Shown in pieces: positions 1 to 10,387 of a stretch of 64,000 nt of DNA. Made by a program: the position numbers and the translations under genes. The notes under the pieces are model-generated. The model saw only the letters and a program-made list of their open reading frames with translations, was not told the DNA's origin and did not search any database. Location: IMG/VR virus record IMGVR_UViG_3300045902_000666, positions 37,744-101,743 of that record. One strand, given 5' to 3'. The DNA comes from a virus. Numbering within the stretch: position 1 is the first letter of the stretch; each line of letters opens with the position of its first letter.

Positions 1-35
1 GCGTGATTTCCATAGGGTTGTTGCGCCTTTATTTA

Positions 36-878
36 TTATTTAATATATTTAGAAAGCTCAACTTTTTTCTTATCATATTCTTCCTGAGAAATTAACCCAA
101 GGTCAAGCTTATCTTTGTACTGCTTTAATTCATCAAGAGCTTCTTCTGAAGTCATTTGTGTAGATATAACTTTATCAAAAAACGAAAACCACAAAGCATT
201 AATAGTGCCTTCTAAAGAAGTTTTAGCTGTATTATATGAAGGTATATACTCACCATTTTTCTTAAAAAAAGAAGTAGAGGTGATATTAGATTTTGCTCCA
301 TTATAATAATGAGCATCATCTACAAATTCAAAAGTTACAAGACTATCTTTAATTTTTACATAAATGTGATATGACATATCATAAACAAAAGTCGTACCTA
401 AAGATTTAAAATACCATGCATTACTTGCATATCCAGAAATTGTTACACTCTCGCCTGGAATACTTCCAGTCAATACCTTGTCTGAATTTTTATAAGTAGA
501 ATTAACCCAGTTAATAATTTTTTGATATGTTACATTGTCACTGTGAGGCGATTTAAATTTAGCAACCGAAATTCCATATGAAGTCACCTTAATACTATCC
601 CTCCCAAAAAGAACCAATTTTTCAGAAAATTGTTTTCCAATAACATAATTACTAACATCAGAAAACGCAATGAATTTACTTGGCACTTTTGTATTTGCCT
701 CACCATTTCTTGTCAGACTTTTGGTATATGTAATTTTCTTCGCAGTTGAATCCACCTTAATGATAGCACATGGGATTGCGCCTGATTTTGAAAAGATTGT
801 GTCTTTATAATTTTGCCCAAAAGACACCAGAACAATGCACATAAAAAGTGCTGTAAAAATAAATTTAATTGCTTTCAT
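36..878 (-). CDS. Secreted/membrane protein with C-terminal SHOCT-like domain
   Basis: N-terminal signal peptide; C-terminal LDELKQYKDKLDLGLISQEEYDKKKVELS matches the SHOCT pattern. Confidence 0.65.
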   Translation of the reverse strand: MKAIKFIFTALFMCIVLVSFGQNYKDTIFSKSGAIPCAIIKVDSTAKKITYTKSLTRNGEANTKVPSKFIAFSDVSNYVIGKQFSEKLVLFGRDSIKVTSYGISVAKFKSPHSDNVTYQKIINWVNSTYKNSDKVLTGSIPGESVTISGYASNAWYFKSLGTTFVYDMSYHIYVKIKDSLVTFEFVDDAHYYNGAKSNITSTSFFKKNGEYIPSYNTAKTSLEGTINALWFSFFDKVISTQMTSEEALDELKQYKDKLDLGLISQEEYDKKKVELSKYIK

Positions 879-907
879 TTTTTGTTCTTTTAGATTTTAT
901 TCAATCA

Positions 908-935
908 TTATACGCAAAAATAACAAAAAAGTTTC
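908..935 (-). promoter_or_regulatory. ECF-like promoter GAAAC-N16-CGTATAA
   Basis: One of 9 copies with identical spacing upstream of minus-strand units. Confidence 0.7.
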
Positions 936-977
936 TTATTTACCCATTACGATTTCAGTTTTTTTGTACTATTTATA

Positions 978-1721
978 ATGAAAAACATTATGAGCACTCA
1001 AGAAGAAAAAGACAGAAAGAATGAATACATGAGGATGTACAGAGCTAAAAATAAAGAAAAAATCTCAGCTTATAACAAAAATTACATGACAAAGTATAGA
1101 ACAGGAGAATCTCGTGAAAAATACTTAAAAAGCAAAAGAAAATCTTACGATAGTAATAAGTCAAAAATAAGAAAAGAACAAAAAGAATACTATTCAAAGA
1201 ACAAAGAAAAAATAAATCAATCCAACAAAGCTAATTATAATAAAAACAAAGAGAGGCGTAATCTACAAAGCAAAGTCTGGAGAGAAAATAATCCCGAAAG
1301 AAATAAGGAGTTAAAAAAAATATGGTATGAAAAAAACAAGCACAAAAGAGCTGGACAGACAAAATTAAGAAAAGAAAAAGACCCTCTCTTTAAATTAAAA
1401 ACTGCTATATCCAACAGAATTAGAAATGGAATTAAAAGTACAGGTTTCTGCAAAAATTTTAAAACCAAAGAAATTTTAGGATGTACATATGAGGAGTTTA
1501 AAGCATATCTTGAGTCGGGATTTGAGCCCTGGATGACTTGGCAAAATTACGGCTTATACAATGGCGAATTAAATTATGGCTGGGACTTGGACCATATTAT
1601 TCCACTGTGGACAGCAAAAACAGAAGAAGAAGTTATTAGTTTAAATCATTATACAAACTTTCAACCTTTATGTAGCAGGGTAAATAGAAACATAAAAAGA
1701 AATAAAAAGAGCGAGAATTAA
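978..1721 (+). CDS. Free-standing HNH homing-endonuclease-like protein
   Basis: Basic N-terminal repeats, then WDLDHIIP...NHYTNFQPLC..N HNH motif; opposite strand to neighbours. Confidence 0.75.
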   Translation: MKNIMSTQEEKDRKNEYMRMYRAKNKEKISAYNKNYMTKYRTGESREKYLKSKRKSYDSNKSKIRKEQKEYYSKNKEKINQSNKANYNKNKERRNLQSKVWRENNPERNKELKKIWYEKNKHKRAGQTKLRKEKDPLFKLKTAISNRIRNGIKSTGFCKNFKTKEILGCTYEEFKAYLESGFEPWMTWQNYGLYNGELNYGWDLDHIIPLWTAKTEEEVISLNHYTNFQPLCSRVNRNIKRNKKSEN

Positions 1722-1734
1722 TTCTCGCTCTTTT
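1704..1734. terminator. Bidirectional intrinsic terminator
   Basis: AAAAAGAGCGAGAAT/ATTCTCGCTCTTTT inverted repeat between convergent genes. Confidence 0.75.
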
Positions 1735-1753
1735 CTTGTTATAACGCTTATAA

Positions 1754-3562
1754 TCAGCGACCCATCACAATTTCTACACGTCTGTTTTTAGCACGTCCAG
1801 AGTTACTACCATTGTCAGCAATTGGTTCACGTTGACCTTTACCTTCAACTTTAGCAAAACGTGAGTTAGGGAAGCTTGCATGAGATTTATTTTGCAACCA
1901 CTGTTTAACTGCATCAGCTCTTTGTTGAGAAAGAACATCATTTCCATCAACAGTTCCTGTATTATCAGTGTGACCAAAAATTTCAACTTTCAATCCACTA
2001 GCAATTACAAGTTGGTCGTATAAATTTTCTAAAGTTCTTTCACCTGCAGGAGTAATAGTAGATTTACCACTTTCAAACTCAATAGACCAAGCACGTTTAG
2101 CAACAGTCTCAGACATATTATTACCTTCAGTGTAAGTTACTTTATCAGCAGAAGTGATATTTGTAGCCTTACTCTTAGCAGAGATGATATAGCTTAAGTC
2201 AAGTACATCTTCAATTTTAGGATATGTTGCAACATATTCAGGATAAAGAGAGCTAACTACATCACCAAACACTTTGTAAACTGAAGCATAAGTATTTGAT
2301 TTGTTTTCGCCAAGACCAAATAATTCTAAGTTATCTGCAAGGTTGTGAGCACGAGAACCACCAAGTTCTACAAGATTACCATCCTTATCAGTTTGTTTGA
2401 TACCACGATAGTAACGTACCCAATATGAACCATCTTTTTCATTATAAATTTTCGCAGAAATTTCACCAGCTTTATTCAAGGCAGCATCAAAAGATTTTAC
2501 TTGGTCACCACCTTCAGAAGCAGCTACGATAAAATTTACAACATGATTTCTGTTATCTTGCAACCACTTTTTAATACCAATTACAATATTTGGCATTTGT
2601 GAGCGATATTCAGCAGTAGATACGATAGAAACAAGTCCACCTTTATTTTCTGCAATCATAACGTCACCCGGAGTCCATGTAGTAGAACAGTTAACAGTAA
2701 CTTTTTTCTTCTCACCTGTTTTTATAGTTTTACCAGTATTAGGGTCAACTTTTACAACAGCACGTTCTTCGCTATATCCAGAGATATATTTTTGAGCAGC
2801 ATCAATGAAGTCATTTGCAGCTACGAAGTTCATTGCTTCAGGGTCATAAGTAGTTTCGTCTGTATTTACACGGATACCGTTATCAGAGCACCATTTTACA
2901 ACAATATTCCAATCACCATCACGAAGTACAGCAGCACAAACTAAACCTTTAGCATTTTGCGGATTTTCTTTTACGATAGGAGGTGCCATGAATTTATCTT
3001 CACCTTGAGATTTACCGCATGAATAAACGATTTGAGCAGTGTATTCATCACCTAATTTAGCAAGCTCTGCATTTACACCAGAAAGCCAAGAAGGTCCACC
3101 GTCACCCATGATTGCGATTAAATTTGTTCCTACGGCAGTAGTTGGATTACTTTTATAATCATTGGCAAACTTAATTAAGTTTTGAGCCATTTGATTACAG
3201 TCATCCTGACGTTTAATGGTAAGATTAACATTGTGTTTCTCCATTAAACTTCCTTTGGTAGTTTGAGGGCCACCATTGGCAAAATTAAGCCCCATTTGAG
3301 AGTTCCAAGCCATGATTTCCATAGTCATGCGTGGAGAATTTACTGAAGCCACTTCATCAGTAGGAAGTGCTACAGCTTCAATATTTTGTCCCGAAGTTGT
3401 TTTTGGGGCATCTGGGAGAACGATTTGTTGAACGTTTACAGATTGTTTTACTTCCTTAGTAAATAAGTACTCAGAATCAACAAGCAACCATTTTACAAAG
3501 AATACCAAGCCCACCAACAATAATCCTAATGTGAGCTTACCAGCGAGTGTTAACTTTTTCAT
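1754..3562 (-). CDS. Membrane-anchored protein with periplasmic-binding-like domain and C-terminal OmpA peptidoglycan-binding domain
   Basis: N-terminal TM; C-terminal GHTD..G..N..LS..RA..V and RAKNRRVEI OmpA motifs. Confidence 0.8.
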   Translation of the reverse strand: MKKLTLAGKLTLGLLLVGLVFFVKWLLVDSEYLFTKEVKQSVNVQQIVLPDAPKTTSGQNIEAVALPTDEVASVNSPRMTMEIMAWNSQMGLNFANGGPQTTKGSLMEKHNVNLTIKRQDDCNQMAQNLIKFANDYKSNPTTAVGTNLIAIMGDGGPSWLSGVNAELAKLGDEYTAQIVYSCGKSQGEDKFMAPPIVKENPQNAKGLVCAAVLRDGDWNIVVKWCSDNGIRVNTDETTYDPEAMNFVAANDFIDAAQKYISGYSEERAVVKVDPNTGKTIKTGEKKKVTVNCSTTWTPGDVMIAENKGGLVSIVSTAEYRSQMPNIVIGIKKWLQDNRNHVVNFIVAASEGGDQVKSFDAALNKAGEISAKIYNEKDGSYWVRYYRGIKQTDKDGNLVELGGSRAHNLADNLELFGLGENKSNTYASVYKVFGDVVSSLYPEYVATYPKIEDVLDLSYIISAKSKATNITSADKVTYTEGNNMSETVAKRAWSIEFESGKSTITPAGERTLENLYDQLVIASGLKVEIFGHTDNTGTVDGNDVLSQQRADAVKQWLQNKSHASFPNSRFAKVEGKGQREPIADNGSNSGRAKNRRVEIVMGR

Positions 3563-3599
3563 GTTTTTTAAATTTAGATTTTAATTGTTTAACGTTTAA

Positions 3600-3627
3600 T
3601 TATACGATTTTTTTTGTTTTAGGTTTC
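3600..3627 (-). promoter_or_regulatory. ECF-like promoter GAAAC-N16-CGTATAA
   Basis: Repeated motif upstream of the OmpA-domain gene. Confidence 0.65.
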
Positions 3628-3631
3628 AGAT

Positions 3632-4663
3632 TTATTCAAGAAAATTTCCAAACTTTCCTGAATCTGAATTTGATTCATTTCTCTTTACAGGTTGAGCCTG
3701 TTTATTATCAAACTGAATTGTATTCACGTTTGAATTAGGTAACCCTTTCATTTGATTTGAACCAAATATCGTTTCAATTCCTTTTTTCTCAAATTCTTCA
3801 AGCATTTTGAATCCTTGCTCTTCATAAATTGCATTATCAAGGTCAACGTTTCTGATAAATTCTTGAGAAGCATCAAGCATTCTTTCGATTTCACCAACTT
3901 TCATACTTGTATCATCAATCACAAACTCCATAGCTTGGTCAAAAAGAACTCTTTTATCATCATTACCTTTAATGATATTGGTAACAGATTTCATGATAGA
4001 ATGACTCTTTAAAATGTATTCACGCTCTTCTTTGCGAATTCTAACTTCAGACTTCAAGTTTTTAATCATAACATTAGAAACTTGTTCCATCTTTTGAAGA
4101 ATTTTAAAAAGAACTTCCATTTTAACCAAAAGATTTTCCATTTTTTTCTTAAATGTATCCAGACGAGCAGCTTCTTGGTTGTAGAAGTTTACATCAAGCT
4201 CAGAATAATTATTAGGGTCAGATTTTGCCTTTGAAGCTTTAGCTAGGTTTTGTCTGATTTCCTCACTCTTAGAATCAATGTTGGTTTTCAACTTTTTAAT
4301 TTGAGCCATCAAATCATCTAAATTGGTGTTGATAGTTTTTTGCTTTTCTTCAAGGTCCTCAACATAGCTTAACAAGATATTAATAGGATTCATCTGAACG
4401 AAGATTCCAGTTAAAAATCTCATTAAATTTTTATAAGAATACCACACCAAAGTTCTGAATCTTTTGTCCATGAGTAATGTAAAAATTACAAAAAGACCAA
4501 CACCCATACCAACAGCGTAATAGGTATTTTTTAATAATTCAAGAATAGTAGGTAGAGATTTGTATAATGCATATCCACCAAACCCAATAAGGGCAGCGAG
4601 TAAAATAACCCCTGGTTTACCTTCGGGTCTTTGCCAGAAATTTTTAGGCGACTTTGTTTCCAT
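3632..4663 (-). CDS. Two-TM coiled-coil protein (PspA-like architecture)
   Basis: Two N-terminal hydrophobic segments followed by long heptad helices. Confidence 0.55.
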   Translation of the reverse strand: METKSPKNFWQRPEGKPGVILLAALIGFGGYALYKSLPTILELLKNTYYAVGMGVGLFVIFTLLMDKRFRTLVWYSYKNLMRFLTGIFVQMNPINILLSYVEDLEEKQKTINTNLDDLMAQIKKLKTNIDSKSEEIRQNLAKASKAKSDPNNYSELDVNFYNQEAARLDTFKKKMENLLVKMEVLFKILQKMEQVSNVMIKNLKSEVRIRKEEREYILKSHSIMKSVTNIIKGNDDKRVLFDQAMEFVIDDTSMKVGEIERMLDASQEFIRNVDLDNAIYEEQGFKMLEEFEKKGIETIFGSNQMKGLPNSNVNTIQFDNKQAQPVKRNESNSDSGKFGNFLE

Positions 4664-4692
4664 TTTTCTATTTGTATTTATTTAACTGATTT

Positions 4693-5412
4693 TTACTGAA
4701 TGAATGCATTAATATTCATTTTGTCATCATTGATTTGCTTTTTAACAGCTTCTGCTGTTGTAACAAAGCTATTGATGGCATTATCAATTTTAATTGCATT
4801 GTTTTGCGCTTCGTTTTGAAGAGTAGAAACCTCTGTACGAAGTTTTGCGATTTCTTCATTCAATTTATTGATAAGTTGAATTTTTTCGTTAATAGAAGCT
4901 TCTTTTTGTTTTGAATCCTCCATTAAAGCATCAACTTTTTGGCCTCTTGAAGCAGCACTTTCTTCTTTAAATTCCTGAACTTCTTTATCTACAATTCCGA
5001 TGTAAAAATCAGCAGCTTGTAGTAAAGAATCTTTTGTAATTTTACTGCCTGATGCAGCCTTTAAAGCAATGAAAGCAGAAACATATTTAGACTGCTCAGT
5101 CATTCCAGTTTGACCATTCATATCGTTTTTAGCTTCTTGAAATTCCCAGTAATCAATTCCGGGCATATTGTTTTCAGCTAAAGTTTTACGTAAATGCTCA
5201 TACATACCTTGGTTGAAAACCCCTTGTAAAGGAATGGTTTGATTCACAAGCCCATTTGAAACTGGCATGCTATTTACTTGTGTGTTTGGAGTTGGGGTTG
5301 ATGTATTGGAAGTGTTTGAATCATTTGATTCAACAGTTGTTTCAGTCTCATCTTGATTAATGAAGATAGATAAGAATCCGCCTTTCTTTTTTGATTTTTC
5401 GCTATTTGACAT
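4693..5412 (-). CDS. Coiled-coil hypothetical protein
   Basis: 239-aa ORF with C-terminal coiled coil, adjacent to the two genes above. Confidence 0.6.
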   Translation of the reverse strand: MSNSEKSKKKGGFLSIFINQDETETTVESNDSNTSNTSTPTPNTQVNSMPVSNGLVNQTIPLQGVFNQGMYEHLRKTLAENNMPGIDYWEFQEAKNDMNGQTGMTEQSKYVSAFIALKAASGSKITKDSLLQAADFYIGIVDKEVQEFKEESAASRGQKVDALMEDSKQKEASINEKIQLINKLNEEIAKLRTEVSTLQNEAQNNAIKIDNAINSFVTTAEAVKKQINDDKMNINAFIQ

Positions 5413-5440
5413 TTTTATTTGTTTTTGAATTAAACGAAGA

Positions 5441-5468
5441 TTATACGTGCAAAATTAAATAAAGTTCC
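5441..5468 (-). promoter_or_regulatory. ECF-like promoter GGAAC-N16-CGTATAA
   Basis: Repeated motif. Confidence 0.7.
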
Positions 5469-5506
5469 AAGAATATACAAAATTCTTGAAACTTTATTTT
5501 TAAAAT

Positions 5507-5971
5507 TTATCCAGGAAACTTTTCTAAGTTGCTCAAAACAAGCTTACAAGAGTCGTTTTCAACGATTACTGGAATTCTAATAGTGCGGTCTGGACTAAAC
5601 TTATCAGTTTGGTAATTTAATACAATAGTATCTCCAGAAACCGTCTTACTATGAAGTTTGGTTAATTTATAGCCAAAATTCATTTTATTTTTATAGAATT
5701 CCAACACTTCACTTTTTCCAAACTTAGAAACAGTAGAAGAGGATGTCCACTTAACCATTTCATCAAACTTACCTTGTTTATAAAGCAAATTGATAAAAGT
5801 ACCAAAATCACTTCCAACAAATACAGATGGGTCATTATAAGAGATTTTAGACTCTACAAATTCAGAAACCTCTGTTTTGATATTAGTTTCAACAGAAGCT
5901 ACTTTTGTTTCTTTTGTTCCACAAGCCACAATTCCAATGGCTAGTACAATGTAAATGAATAACTTGTTCAT
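5507..5971 (-). CDS. Putative lipoprotein
   Basis: Signal peptide ending in lipobox IVAC. Confidence 0.6.
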   Translation of the reverse strand: MNKLFIYIVLAIGIVACGTKETKVASVETNIKTEVSEFVESKISYNDPSVFVGSDFGTFINLLYKQGKFDEMVKWTSSSTVSKFGKSEVLEFYKNKMNFGYKLTKLHSKTVSGDTIVLNYQTDKFSPDRTIRIPVIVENDSCKLVLSNLEKFPG

Positions 5972-5992
5972 GTTTTTTGTGTTTTATACTTA

Positions 5993-6020
5993 TTATACGC
6001 AAATCGTTTTTAAAAGTTCC
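5993..6020 (-). promoter_or_regulatory. ECF-like promoter GGAAC-N16-CGTATAA
   Basis: Repeated motif. Confidence 0.7.
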
Positions 6021-6036
6021 AATTATTTATAATAAA

Positions 6037-6738
6037 ATGAAAAAGAATTTAAATAAGCTGGAAATTAAGAAGTTATTCAGGGAATTGGACTATCTACTCT
6101 CAGACAAAGAGTATAAAGATGAGTTTAAGGTGGAGTTTAACCCTGAATTCAACCATGCTTTATATGAATTCATCAAAAACAATCCAAATTTAATGGCTCT
6201 GGCTGGTATTGTGGACCAAGCTAAAAAAACACAAGAAGAAGCTTTAAACAGCACCATAGAACCAGTTAATCCAGAAAACAATCAGCCAACTGATTTAAAT
6301 GATTTAATTATTGATTTTGAGAATCAATCCATAGTTTCTATACCAAAAACAAAAGAAACTTTTCATAAAGTTGAAAAGGATACTAAGGTTAAAAAACTAT
6401 ATAGATTAATTTCAAAAAAAACTCACCCGGATAAAGTACCTGTAAAATACCTGAATGATTTTTACATACAAGCAAAAGATGCATATGAAAAAAATGATAT
6501 TTCAAAGCTGATGTATATCTGTAATGAGTTAAAAATAGATTTTGATTTAGAACAAGATGATGTATTTAAAATAAAAGAAAAAATAAAGCTCCTAAAAGAA
6601 GAAACTCTTTTATTTGAAAAAACATTCATCTGGATTTGGTATCATTCCGATGAAAAAAAGAAGGATGAAATACTACAAGCTTTCATCCTTCAACAACCTG
6701 ATATTGCAAAAAAAATATTTAATTCAAGAAATGGTTAA
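6037..6738 (+). CDS. J-domain-like (HPD) protein
   Basis: KKLYRLISKKTHPDK motif; probable ATG at 6037 after TATTTAT. Confidence 0.6.
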   Translation: MKKNLNKLEIKKLFRELDYLLSDKEYKDEFKVEFNPEFNHALYEFIKNNPNLMALAGIVDQAKKTQEEALNSTIEPVNPENNQPTDLNDLIIDFENQSIVSIPKTKETFHKVEKDTKVKKLYRLISKKTHPDKVPVKYLNDFYIQAKDAYEKNDISKLMYICNELKIDFDLEQDDVFKIKEKIKLLKEETLLFEKTFIWIWYHSDEKKKDEILQAFILQQPDIAKKIFNSRNG

Positions 6739-7723
6739 TTGCTTCAGTGTGTTCCGCCTCTGGTCCCCATGCATCAACAATTAAAAAACCGCCTTTAACT
6801 TTAACAGCTGCTATTGGGTCATCGTCTTCAAAAAACAATCTTGTTGGGAGAGGTCTTGGTCTTTCGATAATTTCCATTTCATCTGTTACTGTTTTATCTT
6901 CTAAATCAAACATATGCTTAGCCGCACAAATAACAAATTGAGGTTGTCCTTTTGCAGTGTCTAGACGTTGGTGTTTTAGAATACCAGACTGAATAATTGA
7001 TTTCACATCAACTCTCTTGATAAAATAAGGAATTGAAATAACTCTATATCCAAGCTCAGGCATATTATACACACTCAATTTTAAATGAATATTACCTTCA
7101 TTCCCATAAACAACATCACCGCCTCTACACATAAATTCTACAATTGCTGACTGTATAAAAATTTTATAAGCTTCATTGTTATTTTCTGCTAATCTTTGAA
7201 AACAAAAATTAATTACATTTAGTAAATGGTCAGACTCTATGGTTTTAAGAGTTGTTTCTCTACCTGTTTGAGTAACCCATCTTGTACTTCTTAAGGTTTC
7301 TAATTCATCTCTATTTACAGAATTTTCTAATGTCTCCAAAAATGATTTATCAGCTATTTTGAAATTTAAAATAGAATCTTGAACCTTCTTTGGAATAGAA
7401 TCAATATAATAAGATGGATGTCCCCAAATCAAACCATATTTTTGACATAGAGCTATCCACTCATCTGATGGTACAAATTTATAATTAGGAGCTATTACTC
7501 TATAGCTCTCTATTAACTTAACTTTTTCCTCTTGTTTTTTTATTTCTTCCGGGGAACTTTGTCTAGCTTCTTTAAAATTATGGAATCCCAATTCTTTTAG
7601 TGCTTCAACTTTATCTTTATCAATTGAGTTAGTTTTTTCTAATTCAATTTTAACTTTTGAATCTACACTCTTAAAATCACTATGAATTTTTTCGATTGTA
7701 ATTTTTTCCTGGTTATTACTCAT
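6719..7723 (-). CDS. Hypothetical protein
   Basis: 334-aa ORF. Confidence 0.6.
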   Translation of the reverse strand: MSNNQEKITIEKIHSDFKSVDSKVKIELEKTNSIDKDKVEALKELGFHNFKEARQSSPEEIKKQEEKVKLIESYRVIAPNYKFVPSDEWIALCQKYGLIWGHPSYYIDSIPKKVQDSILNFKIADKSFLETLENSVNRDELETLRSTRWVTQTGRETTLKTIESDHLLNVINFCFQRLAENNNEAYKIFIQSAIVEFMCRGGDVVYGNEGNIHLKLSVYNMPELGYRVISIPYFIKRVDVKSIIQSGILKHQRLDTAKGQPQFVICAAKHMFDLEDKTVTDEMEIIERPRPLPTRLFFEDDDPIAAVKVKGGFLIVDAWGPEAEHTEAINHFLN

Positions 7724-7734
7724 GACTTTTTATT

Positions 7735-8382
7735 TTAAGATTTAACAATAGCATTCTTAGACCAAAACTCCACACTGGTTTTATATTTTTCTCTGTCAAT
7801 AGAAACTCCAGAACCACCTTCAGCAGTACCAAGTGCATTACGCATCATTGTAATAGGCTGCATAGGTTCCTCGTCAGGATGAGTTTGCCCAAGAATAGCA
7901 ACAACACCCCATGAATCTTCCTCAGACAATTCAAAAGGTGTTTCTGTTTTTTGGTCAGCGTGTTCTTTTAAAAGCTGTTCTCTTGAATAAACAACAACAA
8001 TTAAATAATCTGCAACTGGAGCTGATACTGGAAGTTCAAACCATCTTGTCATTACAGGTAATTCTTTCTCAGTTCTAGCAGAATATCCAGAGCGAAGATA
8101 TTGATAGTTTTCTATTTTAATAGGAAGTGAACCAACTTTTGCATTGGTGAAATTTTTAATGGCTATTAATTTACAAAAAGGTGCATAGCCATCAATTATT
8201 TTTACAACATCAGTTGTGATTGGAATCACGTTTGTTCCAGCTTTAATACGTTCATAAGCCTGCATTTCCAAATTAAGTTTAGCCTCAAACTCTTCTGAGG
8301 TTTTATCTGTAATTTTTGTTCCACCAAACTTAGGGTCAAAGTGGCGTTTTCCAAAATCTGTAATTTTTATTTTTCCAAACAT
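7735..8382 (-). CDS. DUF3228-family protein
   Basis: GYAPFCK, YSREQ and PITMMRNALG..EGGSGV.IDRE.Y..SV.FW motifs. Confidence 0.75.
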   Translation of the reverse strand: MFGKIKITDFGKRHFDPKFGGTKITDKTSEEFEAKLNLEMQAYERIKAGTNVIPITTDVVKIIDGYAPFCKLIAIKNFTNAKVGSLPIKIENYQYLRSGYSARTEKELPVMTRWFELPVSAPVADYLIVVVYSREQLLKEHADQKTETPFELSEEDSWGVVAILGQTHPDEEPMQPITMMRNALGTAEGGSGVSIDREKYKTSVEFWSKNAIVKS

Positions 8383-8448
8383 AAAAAAAGTATCTGTTGA
8401 AATTGTTTTACAACCACAAAGATACTTAATTTTTATAATTCGTGCAAA

Positions 8449-8772
8449 TTATTTTACAACATAAACATACTCACCTGTCTCCAACTGAGTTAAGTGTTGT
8501 GGTGCCTTAAAGAAATTAGGACCACAATATGTTGTATTTGAGGATACAAACAACTCAAATTTACCTTTATCGTGAGTTTGTACCCAGCAGGCCCAACCGC
8601 CTCTTACCTTCCTTGCATCTTCTAATGCAATCAATTCATAATTTTCTCCATACCTCTCGCACTCATAAAACACATCTCCTTTTTTTACGCTTTTTAATTC
8701 TAAATAATAGTCTTCCCAACTGTCGCCATAGTTAAATAAATCTGGCTTCAGAAATTTAATTTTCTGTTTCAT
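8449..8772 (-). CDS. Hypothetical protein
   Basis: 107-aa ORF. Confidence 0.55.
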   Translation of the reverse strand: MKQKIKFLKPDLFNYGDSWEDYYLELKSVKKGDVFYECERYGENYELIALEDARKVRGGWACWVQTHDKGKFELFVSSNTTYCGPNFFKAPQHLTQLETGEYVYVVK

Positions 8773-8920
8773 AATAATACAAAAACTTAATGTTTTACCT
8801 GTAAAGAACGCTTTTAAAATAAATATGAAACAAATTAAAAAATACCAATAAAAAGCAATAAAAAAAGGCTCAAAAGAGCCTTTAAAATTTTAAATTTTCG
8901 TTGGTTTTTGAAAAAGTTTT

Positions 8921-9499
8921 CTACCCAAAGAAAATCTCTTCTAAATATAACCACACAGGTTCATATTCTCCTTGAATATATAGCTTTTCTTTAAAGTGAG
9001 CATGTTCTTTTTGATATTTTTCAAACATATCACTTCCAGTCATTTTAGAATATTGAACATTGGCAATTCTATCACACAACTTAACAAAAGTTGCAAATTT
9101 AGTATTACGAATATCATCATAAACAAAGTTTGGCATTCTTTCATCACGATTTCTTCCTCTACCATAATTTGTAACTGCACGTACAATTTCAGCAACCAAA
9201 GTGTTGGTTCTTTTTTTGATGCTATTATAATTTTGCCTTGCATCTTCAATTGTATCATGCAACCAAGAAGCAGCAATTACATCAAATACATGTTCAACTG
9301 GGATTAAGTAAATAAAATCTCTAGCAGCCTTATTAACCATCCTTAAATGAAATTCATAAGGAAGATATTCATCGTAAAAATGATTGGTATCATGATGAGC
9401 TTTAATAGCAAATACCTCTATGTCTTTTAATTCTTGGGAATTAAGAATTGCTAATGCTTCTTTTGTTATTGCAACTCCTGCTTTATTTATTGTTTCCAT
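8921..9499 (-). CDS. HD-domain small alarmone hydrolase-like ((p)ppGpp hydrolase/Mesh1-like)
   Basis: AH...PYEFHL, WLHDTIED and VKLCDRIAN motifs of the RelA/SpoT HD domain. Confidence 0.75.
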   Translation of the reverse strand: METINKAGVAITKEALAILNSQELKDIEVFAIKAHHDTNHFYDEYLPYEFHLRMVNKAARDFIYLIPVEHVFDVIAASWLHDTIEDARQNYNSIKKRTNTLVAEIVRAVTNYGRGRNRDERMPNFVYDDIRNTKFATFVKLCDRIANVQYSKMTGSDMFEKYQKEHAHFKEKLYIQGEYEPVWLYLEEIFFG

Positions 9500-9509
9500 A
9501 ATTTTTATT

Positions 9510-10307
9510 TTAATGTTGTCTGTAAATGCTTCTTTTAGGGTCCCAGCCTTTTGGCATATATTCTGGTTGTGCGTGTTCTATAAAATGCATCCTCCACATC
9601 TCTACAAATTCTTGTAAATCTACTATTTGAGCCATTACAATTTTTGCATGGGCAGATTCAGCATCTTCTCTTTTTATTTTAAAAGCAGCCACTTCTCTTA
9701 ATTGTTCTTCTGTATAATTATCTGTACCAAAATAATCCTTTAATGTCTGTTTAAACTCTACTTGCTTTTCAGTAGGCAGTTTATCAAAATAGTTGAGTGT
9801 TATATGTGCACAACTTTTAAGTTTTTTAATAACATTTTACTCTTCAGTCATCTTGTCATGAAATGGAGCATTGTATTTCTTAGACAATTCATGCTTTAAT
9901 TTATCAGCATGCCTTTCATATTCTAAATGATGTTCTAAGCATAATGGTGCTATATCAAAACTACTCGATTGTTTTACTTCAATCGGCATACACTCTCTAT
10001 ACATATAAGGAATAATGTGATGTCTAGTTAATATAGATAGCTCTTCATCCCCACAACAAACACACATATTGTGTTTTTCCGAAAGATAATACTCATCACC
10101 ATGCCAACCTTCCTTTTTAGGCTCAAATGTCAATTGAATAACCAGAGGGCTATCTTGTATGATAATTGCCAAGTTTCTCTTAAGATACCAATTAGCCTTT
10201 TTTTCTAAACAAAGAAACATCTTATTCCCTCTTGGGGATAACACTGTACAGTTCCCATAAATTTTATTCACTCTAGGTTGAAAGTTTTCAAATCTATCCT
10301 TTTTCAT
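9510..10307 (-). pseudogene. EXD2 C-terminal-like HNH/Zn protein interrupted by one in-frame TAA (9837-9839)
   Basis: ORFs 9837..10307 and 9510..9692 share a frame and the sequence between them is open; motifs KKANWYL, CVCCG, HHIIP.YR, WRMHF...P..MP.GW. Confidence 0.65.
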
Positions 10308-10324
10308 GCTTCTTTTATTTTATA

Positions 10325-10352
10325 TTATACGAAATTACGCAAAAAAAGTTCT
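10325..10352 (-). promoter_or_regulatory. ECF-like promoter AGAAC-N16-CGTATAA
   Basis: Repeated motif. Confidence 0.6.
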
Positions 10353-10387
10353 AAAAACAAAAAAACTGGCAAATGCCAGTTTTCTTA

